The notes beneath the pieces are model-generated. The model searched no databases. It saw only the letters and a program-made list of their open reading frames with translations, and had not been told where the DNA came from. Made by a program: the position numbers and the translations under genes. DNA of 55,755 bases from a bacterium (GTDB lineage: Bacteria > Patescibacteriota > Minisyncoccia > Phycocordibacterales > UBA918), in assembly GCA_030430425.1 (NCBI GenBank), contig JAUIFS010000002.1:1-55755 (forward strand), read 5' to 3'. This document shows positions 9,011 to 16,908 of the stretch, in pieces (position 1 is the stretch's first letter; each line of letters begins with the position of its first letter).

Positions 9011-9652
9011 ATGCGTATACTTACAAAAATAGTATTGATAATAATACTCGTCGTGTTGGGTAGTTTTTTGCTTAAACAGTTACTTACAAAGATGGTAATT
9101 GAAAATGATCATGATCATCATGAGTATACTGATCTCCCTGTTGGGGATTCGAATGTTCCCCGAGGCTCAGTAGGTGTAATCCCGACAACGGTAGGAGTAG
9201 ATCCTGAAGACACACAACCATTTACCTCGTTGCTTACAAGAGAGCCAGACCAACAATTCTCGTCCGCGTTAGCTACGGTATATGACGATGTGTATGGTAT
9301 TTTCCCTTGCAATGTAGGCGCTGAAAAGACAAATGTTGTGATGTTTACTGCAAAAACCTCACCAACGCCAGAAGGTCCAACGTATGAGCATGCAAAACAA
9401 CAGATTGAATTATGGGAGCCACATTTACTTCCTGATATTGGATATATGATTTTTCCAGAAAGGTCTCTGCCAGAGACACCAGGACTTCTTTCTTTTGTAC
9501 AGGTAGGAGATAGTCCATACCGTCGTGCTTCGGCAATTTTTAACTCGGGAGAAGCGTATGTATATACAGGCTGGCGTTTGAACTATGTGTTTTATGCAAG
9601 TTCCTTAGAATGTCTTGTGGGGGCGATGGATCTTGTGTATGAAGCACACTAA
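9011..9652 (+). CDS. Membrane-anchored hypothetical protein, last gene of the pilin-hydrolase operon
   Basis: N-terminal TM, HDHHE stretch, two Cys; starts 16 bp after the previous stop. Confidence 0.75.
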   Translation: MRILTKIVLIIILVVLGSFLLKQLLTKMVIENDHDHHEYTDLPVGDSNVPRGSVGVIPTTVGVDPEDTQPFTSLLTREPDQQFSSALATVYDDVYGIFPCNVGAEKTNVVMFTAKTSPTPEGPTYEHAKQQIELWEPHLLPDIGYMIFPERSLPETPGLLSFVQVGDSPYRRASAIFNSGEAYVYTGWRLNYVFYASSLECLVGAMDLVYEAH

Positions 9653-9858
9653 TCCTTAGTTTTCTCGTCTGCCATAGGATAATGAAAATAGAAAAAGTGT
9701 ATGGGCAAAAAACGTGGCTTTGAACTGATTTTTAAGGAGCAGAGTGATTATAAAAATGGAAATACTCTTGTGGTGCAGAACTGTATAAGGAGAGGGAATA
9801 TATCAAAAGCAGTATTCAGATACTGCAAGAGTTGATGGAGAAGTGATAGTCAGAAACC

Positions 9859-9886
9859 TTGCTTTTTGGGTAAAATATGATATAAT
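9859..9886 (+). promoter_or_regulatory. Promoter for 10011..10814
   Basis: TTGCTT-16 bp-TATAAT with extended TG. Confidence 0.55.
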
Positions 9887-9914
9887 GTATGAACAGTTCT
9901 TTTCATATTTCAAG

Positions 9915-9978
9915 GTTCAATGAGACGAACATTTTGCATATCAATCGTGGTGTGTAGAATGTTCGTCTCATTCTGAAC
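9915..9978 (+). repeat. Long leader hairpin
   Basis: atgagacgaacattttgcata / tgtgtagaatgttcgtctcat pairs with G-U wobbles on the + strand. Confidence 0.6.
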
Positions 9979-10010
9979 GGACATAACTTTCAACCTAATG
10001 GAGGCACACG

Positions 10011-10814
10011 ATGGCTAACATCGCACACCTTAACACTTCTGCCCTTGATACGGCAGCCAAGTTTTTCCGCACAATGAACAAAGCAGGAGCGGACTTCACA
10101 GGACCAATGCAGAGCGTCACCCAGCGTCGCAATCTGGTCGCTTATCTCGAAATGGGCTGTCCCAAGCTGAACAGTGACGGTGAAATCGTCACTCCGACCT
10201 TGTCTGATGGCGAAGAACTCGCCCGTCTCATCCTTGGGGACGACTATCTGTCCCCCGAAGATGTGGCAAAGGCATACGGCTGGAGCTACAACGACGAGCA
10301 ACTGGCGAATTTCGCCAATACGTTGCCCGATTTCGAAGAGCTAATGTGGCTTCGCTCCAACGGCTATATGCTGGTGGCGACCCTGCCGACCGACTGCAAC
10401 CTGCTTCAAGTTCGTGACCTCGACAACCAACTCTTCTACTCCAAGTCGGAGGGCTGGTATGCCGAGAGCAAGCACACGTTCTCTCGTGAGGACGTGGTCA
10501 AAGCTGGCGAATGGCTGATGGTTCGCAAAGAACCATATCCCAACTCTCGGAGCAAGAACTGGGGCGAGCAACGCTCGCTCCTCTCGGAAGTCGAACACGT
10601 CCCGAATGCTCCCGAAGTCGGCTACGCCGTCACTGCCTACTACAAGGTGTGTGGCGTGTATCTGCTCAAGGGCGTTTACGTTCGCACTTTCTCGGTTGAT
10701 GCTGACGGCAACCGTGTCATCGTCGGTAACTTCGACGGTGACGGTCTCGGCGTCTGCAGCTACTGGGATGACCGCCGTGACGAAGACTTCGGTGTTTCGT
10801 CCTCTCGGAAATGA
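10011..10814 (+). CDS. Putative DGR target protein with a C-terminal CLec-like variable region
   Basis: SD ggagg; C-ending codon bias unlike neighbours; C-terminus GNRVIVGNFDGDGLGVCSYWDDRRDEDFGVSSSRK. Confidence 0.6.
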   Translation: MANIAHLNTSALDTAAKFFRTMNKAGADFTGPMQSVTQRRNLVAYLEMGCPKLNSDGEIVTPTLSDGEELARLILGDDYLSPEDVAKAYGWSYNDEQLANFANTLPDFEELMWLRSNGYMLVATLPTDCNLLQVRDLDNQLFYSKSEGWYAESKHTFSREDVVKAGEWLMVRKEPYPNSRSKNWGEQRSLLSEVEHVPNAPEVGYAVTAYYKVCGVYLLKGVYVRTFSVDADGNRVIVGNFDGDGLGVCSYWDDRRDEDFGVSSSRK

Positions 10815-10952
10815 CCTAGTTTTCAAGGAGAGCTTGCTCGACTATGAAAACGGAAATGCCCGTGTGGTAGAACCTTGATTGCTTGAATACTTGATATTCT
10901 CGCATTCTTGACCCTTTCTTTGGGCGAAGCCCTCGCTCCAAAATGGGAAACT

Positions 10953-10986
10953 GGACCCCTTGCTCACGCTTGGGGTCCTTATTTTT
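10953..10986 (+). terminator. Intrinsic terminator
   Basis: ggacccc...ggggtcc followed by a T-rich tract. Confidence 0.55.
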
Positions 10987-11141
10987 ATGATAAAATCACA
11001 ATACTTGTTCGTGTAGGTGCGACTACTGGTTTCATCTCACAAGTGTTTCTGCTTGAAACTATGTCAGCGTATTTGCGTTTACTGGATGCAAATAGAGTAC
11101 ATATCAGGTATGGATTTGATTTCTTGCCTAGCTTCACAGGA

Positions 11142-11280
11142 GGTCACAGGTTACTAACGATTTGATGTGGACTCGTCCTGACGGTTTCTAATTTCGGCGC
11201 AGGCTGCTCATTAAGAACCGCGGGACGCAGCTCACATCGTTTATGCCTCCTGCATGCGGTCACAGGTTACTAATGATTTG
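11142..11280. repeat. 23-bp imperfect direct repeat downstream of tRNA-Trp
   Basis: ggtcacaggttactaa(c/t)gatttg at 11142-11164 and 11258-11280. Confidence 0.75.
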
Positions 11281-11430
11281 CGTCGCAAGCTCCTTAAATC
11301 ATAAGTACCTTCGACCCCGCCTCGCTCGTAAACATCGTTGCGACTCCCGCTCGAGTATGAAAGGAAAGCAGTTTGCTTTCTAAAACGAAAAACCTCAGAC
11401 ATATGTCTGAGGTTTTTCGTTTTACTCGAG

Positions 11431-11501
11431 CGGGTCCACGAGGACTCGAACCTCGGCTGACGGTTTTGGAGACCGTAGTTCTACCACTAAACTATAGACC
11501 C
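11431..11501 (-). tRNA. tRNA-Trp(CCA)
   Basis: Acceptor GGGTCTA/TGGACCC, anticodon loop ctCCAaa, GGTTCGAGTCC. Confidence 0.95.
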
Positions 11502-11611
11502 TGTAACTGTCCGGGGGACAGTTACAGTTCTGTCTCCTCGAATAGTGTTTTGTGCACAAGTATTAATTACTCATGACGTGCGGTACATAGTAGGGGAATT
11601 TGCTTCTACAA

Positions 11612-12511
11612 TCAACCCTTTAGCCAAGTTTCTACTGTTGAGAAAATATGCTGTGTGTCAGTTTTGTCTACCCAGACTATGGACTTATCGCGTTTCAACC
11701 ATGTCATTTGTCGCTTTGCAAATTGACGTGTTTTTGTTTCTAGCTGTGTGCACATTTCTTCATACGTGAGCTTGTCACGAAGATGACGAGAAATATACCG
11801 GCACTCAAGTCCGAGTGCTTCAAGTCGGTTATGGGTGAGTCCATGTGCAATCAGATTCTGTATTTCATCGATCATGCCTTCTTCAAGACGTTGCATAAGT
11901 CGAATGTGTATATTGTGGTGAAGCTCTTCTTTAGGTAAATCAATACCGAGTGTGAGCGTGTCGTATAGCTCACTACTTGTACGCGGAGGAACTTTGCCGA
12001 GTGCGGCAACAATCTCAAGAGCACGTACAAGTCGGCGATGGTTTTGTGGGTCCATCATTGCAGCACGTTCTGGGTCTTGCAACTTGAGCTTTTGATACAA
12101 CTCTTCTGAGGAACACTTTTCAAATTCTTCTCGAAGTGCTTCATTGGGAGGTACTTCGGGACTGCTTATTTTTCCAAGCAGCATATCAACATAGAAAAAA
12201 GTACCTCCTGCAATGATGGGCAGGTTGTCTCGTGCAATGATGTCTCGTATCGCTTTTGCGCCATCGTGTGCAAAATCAGACGCGGTATAGACCGACATTG
12301 GGTCTGCCACATCGAGAAGATGGTGAGGGACGCCTCTCATTTCCTCTCTGGTTACCTTACCACTGGCTAGATCAAGTCCTGTGTAGACCTGCCGTGAGTC
12401 AGCAGAAATAACCGCACCTGTGAATTTTTTGGCGAGCATGATAGAGAGAGACGTTTTTCCTGAGGATGTTGGTCCAACGATACTCAATACTTTTGGTTTT
12501 GCTTCACGCAT
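11612..12511 (-). CDS. miaA: tRNA dimethylallyltransferase
   Basis: GPTSSGKT, ISADSRQVY, HHLLD, GGTFFY, AKRQMTW. Confidence 0.95.
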   Translation of the reverse strand: MREAKPKVLSIVGPTSSGKTSLSIMLAKKFTGAVISADSRQVYTGLDLASGKVTREEMRGVPHHLLDVADPMSVYTASDFAHDGAKAIRDIIARDNLPIIAGGTFFYVDMLLGKISSPEVPPNEALREEFEKCSSEELYQKLKLQDPERAAMMDPQNHRRLVRALEIVAALGKVPPRTSSELYDTLTLGIDLPKEELHHNIHIRLMQRLEEGMIDEIQNLIAHGLTHNRLEALGLECRYISRHLRDKLTYEEMCTQLETKTRQFAKRQMTWLKRDKSIVWVDKTDTQHIFSTVETWLKG

Positions 12512-12564
12512 ATACTGCGCATGGTATCATAGCTTCGTTATAAAACTATAGACAATATATATTT

Positions 12565-13164
12565 ATGGATGAACTGGAGTTTGAACCTGTGTTTGCACCA
12601 CTTACCATTGGTGATGAGGTTCCTGAAGATTTGGAATTTAAGGTATACCACAAAGGTGAAATATCAGAAATGAGCTTTAAAGAGCTACGCGGAAAGTGGG
12701 TGGTACTTTTCTTTTATCCTGCTGACTTTACCTTTGTGTGCCCAACAGAGCTTGGTGAAATGGCGCATCTCTATGAGCAGTTTGTAGAAGTGGGGGCAGA
12801 AGTAGTTTCGGTTTCAACAGACACTGCATTTGTACATAAAGCATGGCACGATACTTCTGAAACAATCAAAACTATCACTTATCCAATGGCAGCAGACCCT
12901 GCACACGAGCTCTCTGATCTGTTTGGAGTACTTATTGAAGATGAGGGTGTTGCACGACGCGGAACATTTATTATTTCACCAGATGGAGTGATTAAAACGC
13001 TCGAAATGAACGACGATGCAATCGGACGATGTGCAAAAGAAACATTGCGAAAGCTGAAGGCTGCAAAGTATGTGGGAGAGAATCCAACAAACGTATGTCC
13101 AGCAAGTTGGGACGATGGTGACGAGACACTGACCCCTGGAGTAGATCTAGTTGGAAAGATTTAA
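12565..13164 (+). CDS. ahpC: 2-Cys peroxiredoxin
   Basis: FFYPADFTFVCPTE and VCPASW. Confidence 0.93.
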   Translation: MDELEFEPVFAPLTIGDEVPEDLEFKVYHKGEISEMSFKELRGKWVVLFFYPADFTFVCPTELGEMAHLYEQFVEVGAEVVSVSTDTAFVHKAWHDTSETIKTITYPMAADPAHELSDLFGVLIEDEGVARRGTFIISPDGVIKTLEMNDDAIGRCAKETLRKLKAAKYVGENPTNVCPASWDDGDETLTPGVDLVGKI

Positions 13165-13167
13165 AAG

Positions 13168-13195
13168 AAAAACCCGCGAAATTCGCGGGTTTTTT
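13168..13195. terminator. Intrinsic terminator
   Basis: aaaaacccgcgaa-a-ttcgcgggttttt. Confidence 0.8.
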
Positions 13196-13207
13196 AATAT
13201 AGAACTT

Positions 13208-13457
13208 TCACTGGAGCGAATAATATAGCCGCCAATAAAAGCGAATGAATAGGTTTTTATGCCTAAGTCGTTTTTGGCGTCTTTCATTGCTTTGCTCAAG
13301 CATCTCGAGCTCTTTTTGCCATACTTCTTTTTGTGTGGAGTACAAGAAGATGCTCGATTAGATCTTGTTGTTTCTCAGTGTCGTTTGGATATAGTTTTTG
13401 TGCATGAGCAGTAACGCGCATGGTCACTATGGTCCAGTGTGTTGCTGAAATACTCAT
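13208..13457 (-). pseudogene. Possible frameshifted small gene
   Basis: SD ggagg + MSISATHWTIVTMRVTAHAQKLYPNDTEKQQDLIEHLL..., continuing in another frame as QKEVWQKELEMLEQSNERRQKRLRHKNLFIRFYWRLYYSLQ*. Confidence 0.3.
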
Positions 13458-13558
13458 TTATGACCTCCGTTTCTCGCTATACTTTATGTTATTCTCAATC
13501 TCGTGTCTATACCTATAAGAGAAAATTTGGTACACTCACAGTCACTTCAAACCAATGT

Positions 13559-13640
13559 GCCGGAGTGGCGGAATTGGTAGACGCGCACGACTCAAAATCG
13601 TGTTCCGTAAGGAGTGCGGGTTCGATTCCCGCCTCCGGCA
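13559..13640 (+). tRNA. tRNA-Leu(CAA)
   Basis: Acceptor GCCGGAG/CTCCGGC, anticodon loop ctCAAaa, variable arm, GGTTCGATTCCC. Confidence 0.95.
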
Positions 13641-13746
13641 CAGTGAGTTGAAGTTATAAACAGGAGCCGTTGAGGTGTTGTGGTAAAATACATAAAACGA
13701 GTCCGATTTGGAGGTAATAACTCGGTTTTTTATTGTATTTAGGATT

Positions 13747-15198
13747 ATGGCATTTCAAGGTGATTCAATTTTCTGGGTGGAGACAGGGAAAATAGTGGCA
13801 AACCCGTTTCAACCGCGGCGTGAATTTGATGAGGCAAAGTTAAAAGAGCTTGCAGAGTCTGTGCGTATGTACGGTATTTTGCAGCCGCTTACGGTAACGC
13901 GTAAAGAAATACAGTGTGAGAACGGAGCTTTTTATACTGAGTATGAACTGATTGCAGGGGAGCGACGTCTTCGCGCAAGTAAGCTCGCAGGGCTTGAGCA
14001 GGTGCCAGTTATTATTCGTTCGGGAGAAGATACTGAACAAGAGAAGCTGGAGCTGGCAATTATTGAAAACCTGCAACGGGAAGACCTCAACGCAGTTGAT
14101 CGTGCACTGGCATTTAAACAGCTTGCTGATGCGTTTGAGCTGTCACATGCACAAGTGGCAAAGAAGGTGGGTCGCTCACGTGAATATGTTTCAAATAGTA
14201 TTCGTTTGCTCGGTCTCCCGGAGTGCATGCTCAACTCATTGAAACTAGGAGACATTTCCGAAGGGCATGCACGGACGCTGCTTATGCTCAAGGATCGTCC
14301 TGAAGAGCAAGATGTTGTGTACCGTGAGATTCTGCTTAAAAAGCTTTCAGTGCGTGAAGTAGAGCGTATCACACGAAAGATTGCCTCCGATAAGGTGCGT
14401 AAGAAGAAGTGGACTGACACGGACCCTGAACTGATTGCAATTGAAAAAGATATCACCGATTCTCTTGGTACGCGTGTGCAGATATCTAAGACCGACTTTG
14501 GAGGCAAACTTACCATCGATTATTTCTCTGACGAAGATTTGCAAAAATTGCTTTCACTCCTGAAGGCTGAAGAAGCAGCTCGAGTAGAAGAAGAGGAGCA
14601 AGAAAGCACGACAGTCGTGCATGAGATGTCGCCCGAGGCGTCGCTTATGGCAAAGTTGGCAACAGCTACTCCTTTGGTGCTTGATGAAGATGAGGCTCCT
14701 GAGTTGCAGGTGCCTGAGCCACCACTGCAGGAAGAAACACAGCGTGCACCGCAGGCAGAAGATTCGCGGCACAGTATTCCGATGGAGGAGTCGACACCAT
14801 TTGGTGTGTTTGAAGAAGTGCCGTCAGAAGTACAAGAGCAAGAGCATACAGCTCCTGCAGCGGCTACTGAAAAGCAGGAAGGTACCGCAGTCTCTGGTGA
14901 AGAAAAGACACATACGCAAGCGCCTGCAGTTTCTGAATCACAGACAGAGCAGTCTGAATCAAACGCGCCTGCAGCTTCATCTGTTCCTGAACCATCTGTT
15001 GAAGATACACCAAAAGAGGTGATAGAAAGTGATGAGTTTGCATTTATTGCAAAGCATACACAGGAAGCCCGTAGGGAAGACCTTGCAAACCCATACGAAG
15101 CACCTACACCCACTGTGTCGGAGCAACAAGACCGTGAGGATCCTCCAGAGAAAGCTGATGACGAAGATTTGTACTCGATGAAGAATTTTTCGCTGTAA
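13747..15198 (+). CDS. parB: ParB/Spo0J partitioning protein with a long acidic low-complexity C-terminal extension
   Basis: NPFQPRREF, GILQP, LIAGERRLRA, IENLQREDL, HTH; about 200 aa E/P/A/S/T-rich tail. Start at MAFQG preferred. Confidence 0.9.
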   Translation: MAFQGDSIFWVETGKIVANPFQPRREFDEAKLKELAESVRMYGILQPLTVTRKEIQCENGAFYTEYELIAGERRLRASKLAGLEQVPVIIRSGEDTEQEKLELAIIENLQREDLNAVDRALAFKQLADAFELSHAQVAKKVGRSREYVSNSIRLLGLPECMLNSLKLGDISEGHARTLLMLKDRPEEQDVVYREILLKKLSVREVERITRKIASDKVRKKKWTDTDPELIAIEKDITDSLGTRVQISKTDFGGKLTIDYFSDEDLQKLLSLLKAEEAARVEEEEQESTTVVHEMSPEASLMAKLATATPLVLDEDEAPELQVPEPPLQEETQRAPQAEDSRHSIPMEESTPFGVFEEVPSEVQEQEHTAPAAATEKQEGTAVSGEEKTHTQAPAVSESQTEQSESNAPAASSVPEPSVEDTPKEVIESDEFAFIAKHTQEARREDLANPYEAPTPTVSEQQDREDPPEKADDEDLYSMKNFSL

Positions 15199-15211
15199 TG
15201 TATACAAGACA

Positions 15212-15241
15212 CAAAAAGCGTGACGTTAGTCACGCTTTTTG
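15212..15241. terminator. Bidirectional terminator
   Basis: caaaaagcgtgac-gtta-gtcacgctttttg. Confidence 0.75.
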
Positions 15242-16791
15242 CTTTCTTGATCGTTCAATGCAGTGCGAATGCGTCGTTTTGCAAGTGATGTTTTGGCGAT
15301 AGGAAGCCATTTAGGGGTTGGGTGTGCATTTTTCTTAGTATCAATTTGTACAATATCACCGTTGTGTAATTCTGTATCAAGTTGCACGAGTTTGTTGTTT
15401 ACCTTTGCGCCAGCAATGTGATTTCCAACTTCAGAGTGGATTGCATAGGCAAAGTCGATGGGTGTTGCAGCAACAGGCAGGTCAACCACGTCACCGTTTG
15501 GTGTAAATACAAAAATACGGTTACTAAAGAAGTCTTTTCGCATGTCATCAACAAACTCTTGTCCTGACGCTTTTTCGTGGGTGTACATCTCACCAATCTG
15601 CTGTATCCAGTGGGGAATTTTTTGACTGGGGTGTTTGTGTTTTGAGTCGTCTAAGTCTTCTTTGTTAATATGCTCTTGTTGTCCACGCCACGCAAACGGA
15701 CGGAACAAGGTAGGGACAAGGTTTGCAAACCATGAGCTGCTATTTTTCGCACCAGGTACTGCACTTTCCTTATAAATAATGTGTGACGCAATACCGTACT
15801 CAGCTTCGTGATGCATTTTTTCGGTACGTATTTGTATTTCGAGAATGGTGCCTGAGCTGGTGATTACGGTAGTGTGGATTGACTGGTAGCCATTTGGTTT
15901 TGGGAGATTAATATAGTCTTTCATGCGTGCAGGCATTGGGCGCCATAAGTCATGCACGATTCCCATTGCACGGTAGCAATCTTCTACATTTTTTACCACA
16001 ATACGCATGGCAAAGAGGTCATAGACAGTGTCAATGTTCCATTCCTTGCGCTGTAGCTTATGAAATAAGCTATACATTCCTTTAAGACGATGTGATGTTT
16101 TAAAGTGTGTGAGTCCTGAGTCTGCAAGTTTTTTTTGGAGTACTTTCCGTTCTTTCTCAAGTAGATCGTCTCCTTTTCCAAGACTTTGTTCTACAAGTGC
16201 ACATACGCGTTTATGCTCTTCAGGATACACGTACGGGAAAGCAAGATCTTCGAGCTCCTTTCGAATACGCCCCATTCCCAAGCGGTGTGCGACGGGGACG
16301 TAGATCTCTAGCGTTTCTTGTGCAATGCGGAGTTGTTTTGCTTCGGGGATATAGTCCAGTGTTTGCATGTTATGCAGGCGATCAACAAGCTTCACAATCA
16401 ATACACGAATATCCTGACTGGTTGCAACAAAAAGTTTACGCAAGCTTTCGTTGTGACGATCAGAACCATAATAGCGAACAGAACTAAGCTTGGTAACACC
16501 TTCCACAAGAAATAGTATTTCTTCTCCAAATTCTTTTCGAATATTTTCTGAGGTAACATCAGTATCTTCAATGGTGTCGTGCAATAGCCCTGCAGCAATA
16601 GTTCGCGGTCCCATACCCATCTGTGCAAGCATAAACGCCACAGAAGCAACGTGGCTCATGTATGGTTCTCCCGAGTAGCGTGTGTGACCTTCGTGTGCTT
16701 TTTGTGCATATGCATATGCTTTTTCAACCAAGCGCTTGTCGGCGTCGGTTGGGTTGCTGAGATTTCCAATGATATTGCTTGCGGTGGTCAT
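15226..16791 (-). CDS. RelA/SpoT homologue (HD hydrolase, synthetase, TGS), lacking the ACT domain
   Basis: RYSGEPY, HDTIED, DRLHNM, NGYQSIH, EIQIRT, TPIDFAYAIH. Confidence 0.92.
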   Translation of the reverse strand: MTTASNIIGNLSNPTDADKRLVEKAYAYAQKAHEGHTRYSGEPYMSHVASVAFMLAQMGMGPRTIAAGLLHDTIEDTDVTSENIRKEFGEEILFLVEGVTKLSSVRYYGSDRHNESLRKLFVATSQDIRVLIVKLVDRLHNMQTLDYIPEAKQLRIAQETLEIYVPVAHRLGMGRIRKELEDLAFPYVYPEEHKRVCALVEQSLGKGDDLLEKERKVLQKKLADSGLTHFKTSHRLKGMYSLFHKLQRKEWNIDTVYDLFAMRIVVKNVEDCYRAMGIVHDLWRPMPARMKDYINLPKPNGYQSIHTTVITSSGTILEIQIRTEKMHHEAEYGIASHIIYKESAVPGAKNSSSWFANLVPTLFRPFAWRGQQEHINKEDLDDSKHKHPSQKIPHWIQQIGEMYTHEKASGQEFVDDMRKDFFSNRIFVFTPNGDVVDLPVAATPIDFAYAIHSEVGNHIAGAKVNNKLVQLDTELHNGDIVQIDTKKNAHPTPKWLPIAKTSLAKRRIRTALNDQESKKRD

Positions 16792-16876
16792 AAACGAATT
16801 TTACGTGTTGTGTGTGTTTGCGCAAGTTTTTCTTGTGATCATGTTGATGTAACGTACGTTCAAATGGAAAAAGCAC

Positions 16877-16908
16877 AAGAAAAAACCTCGCATGCGAGGT
16901 TTTTTCTT
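16877..16908 (-). terminator. Intrinsic terminator after topA
   Basis: aagaaaaaacctcg-catg-cgaggttttttctt. Confidence 0.75.

Noticed and set aside
9680..9850. Gene fragment in the intergenic region
   Set aside because: Short broken frames with no recognisable motif
11142..11280. Possible CRISPR array
   Set aside because: Only two repeat copies, a 93-bp spacer, and no cas genes
4500..11430. Intact prophage or ICE between tRNA-Tyr and tRNA-Trp
   Set aside because: No integrase, relaxase, VirB4 or phage structural genes; the pilin operon lies upstream of tRNA-Tyr, outside the att-like repeats
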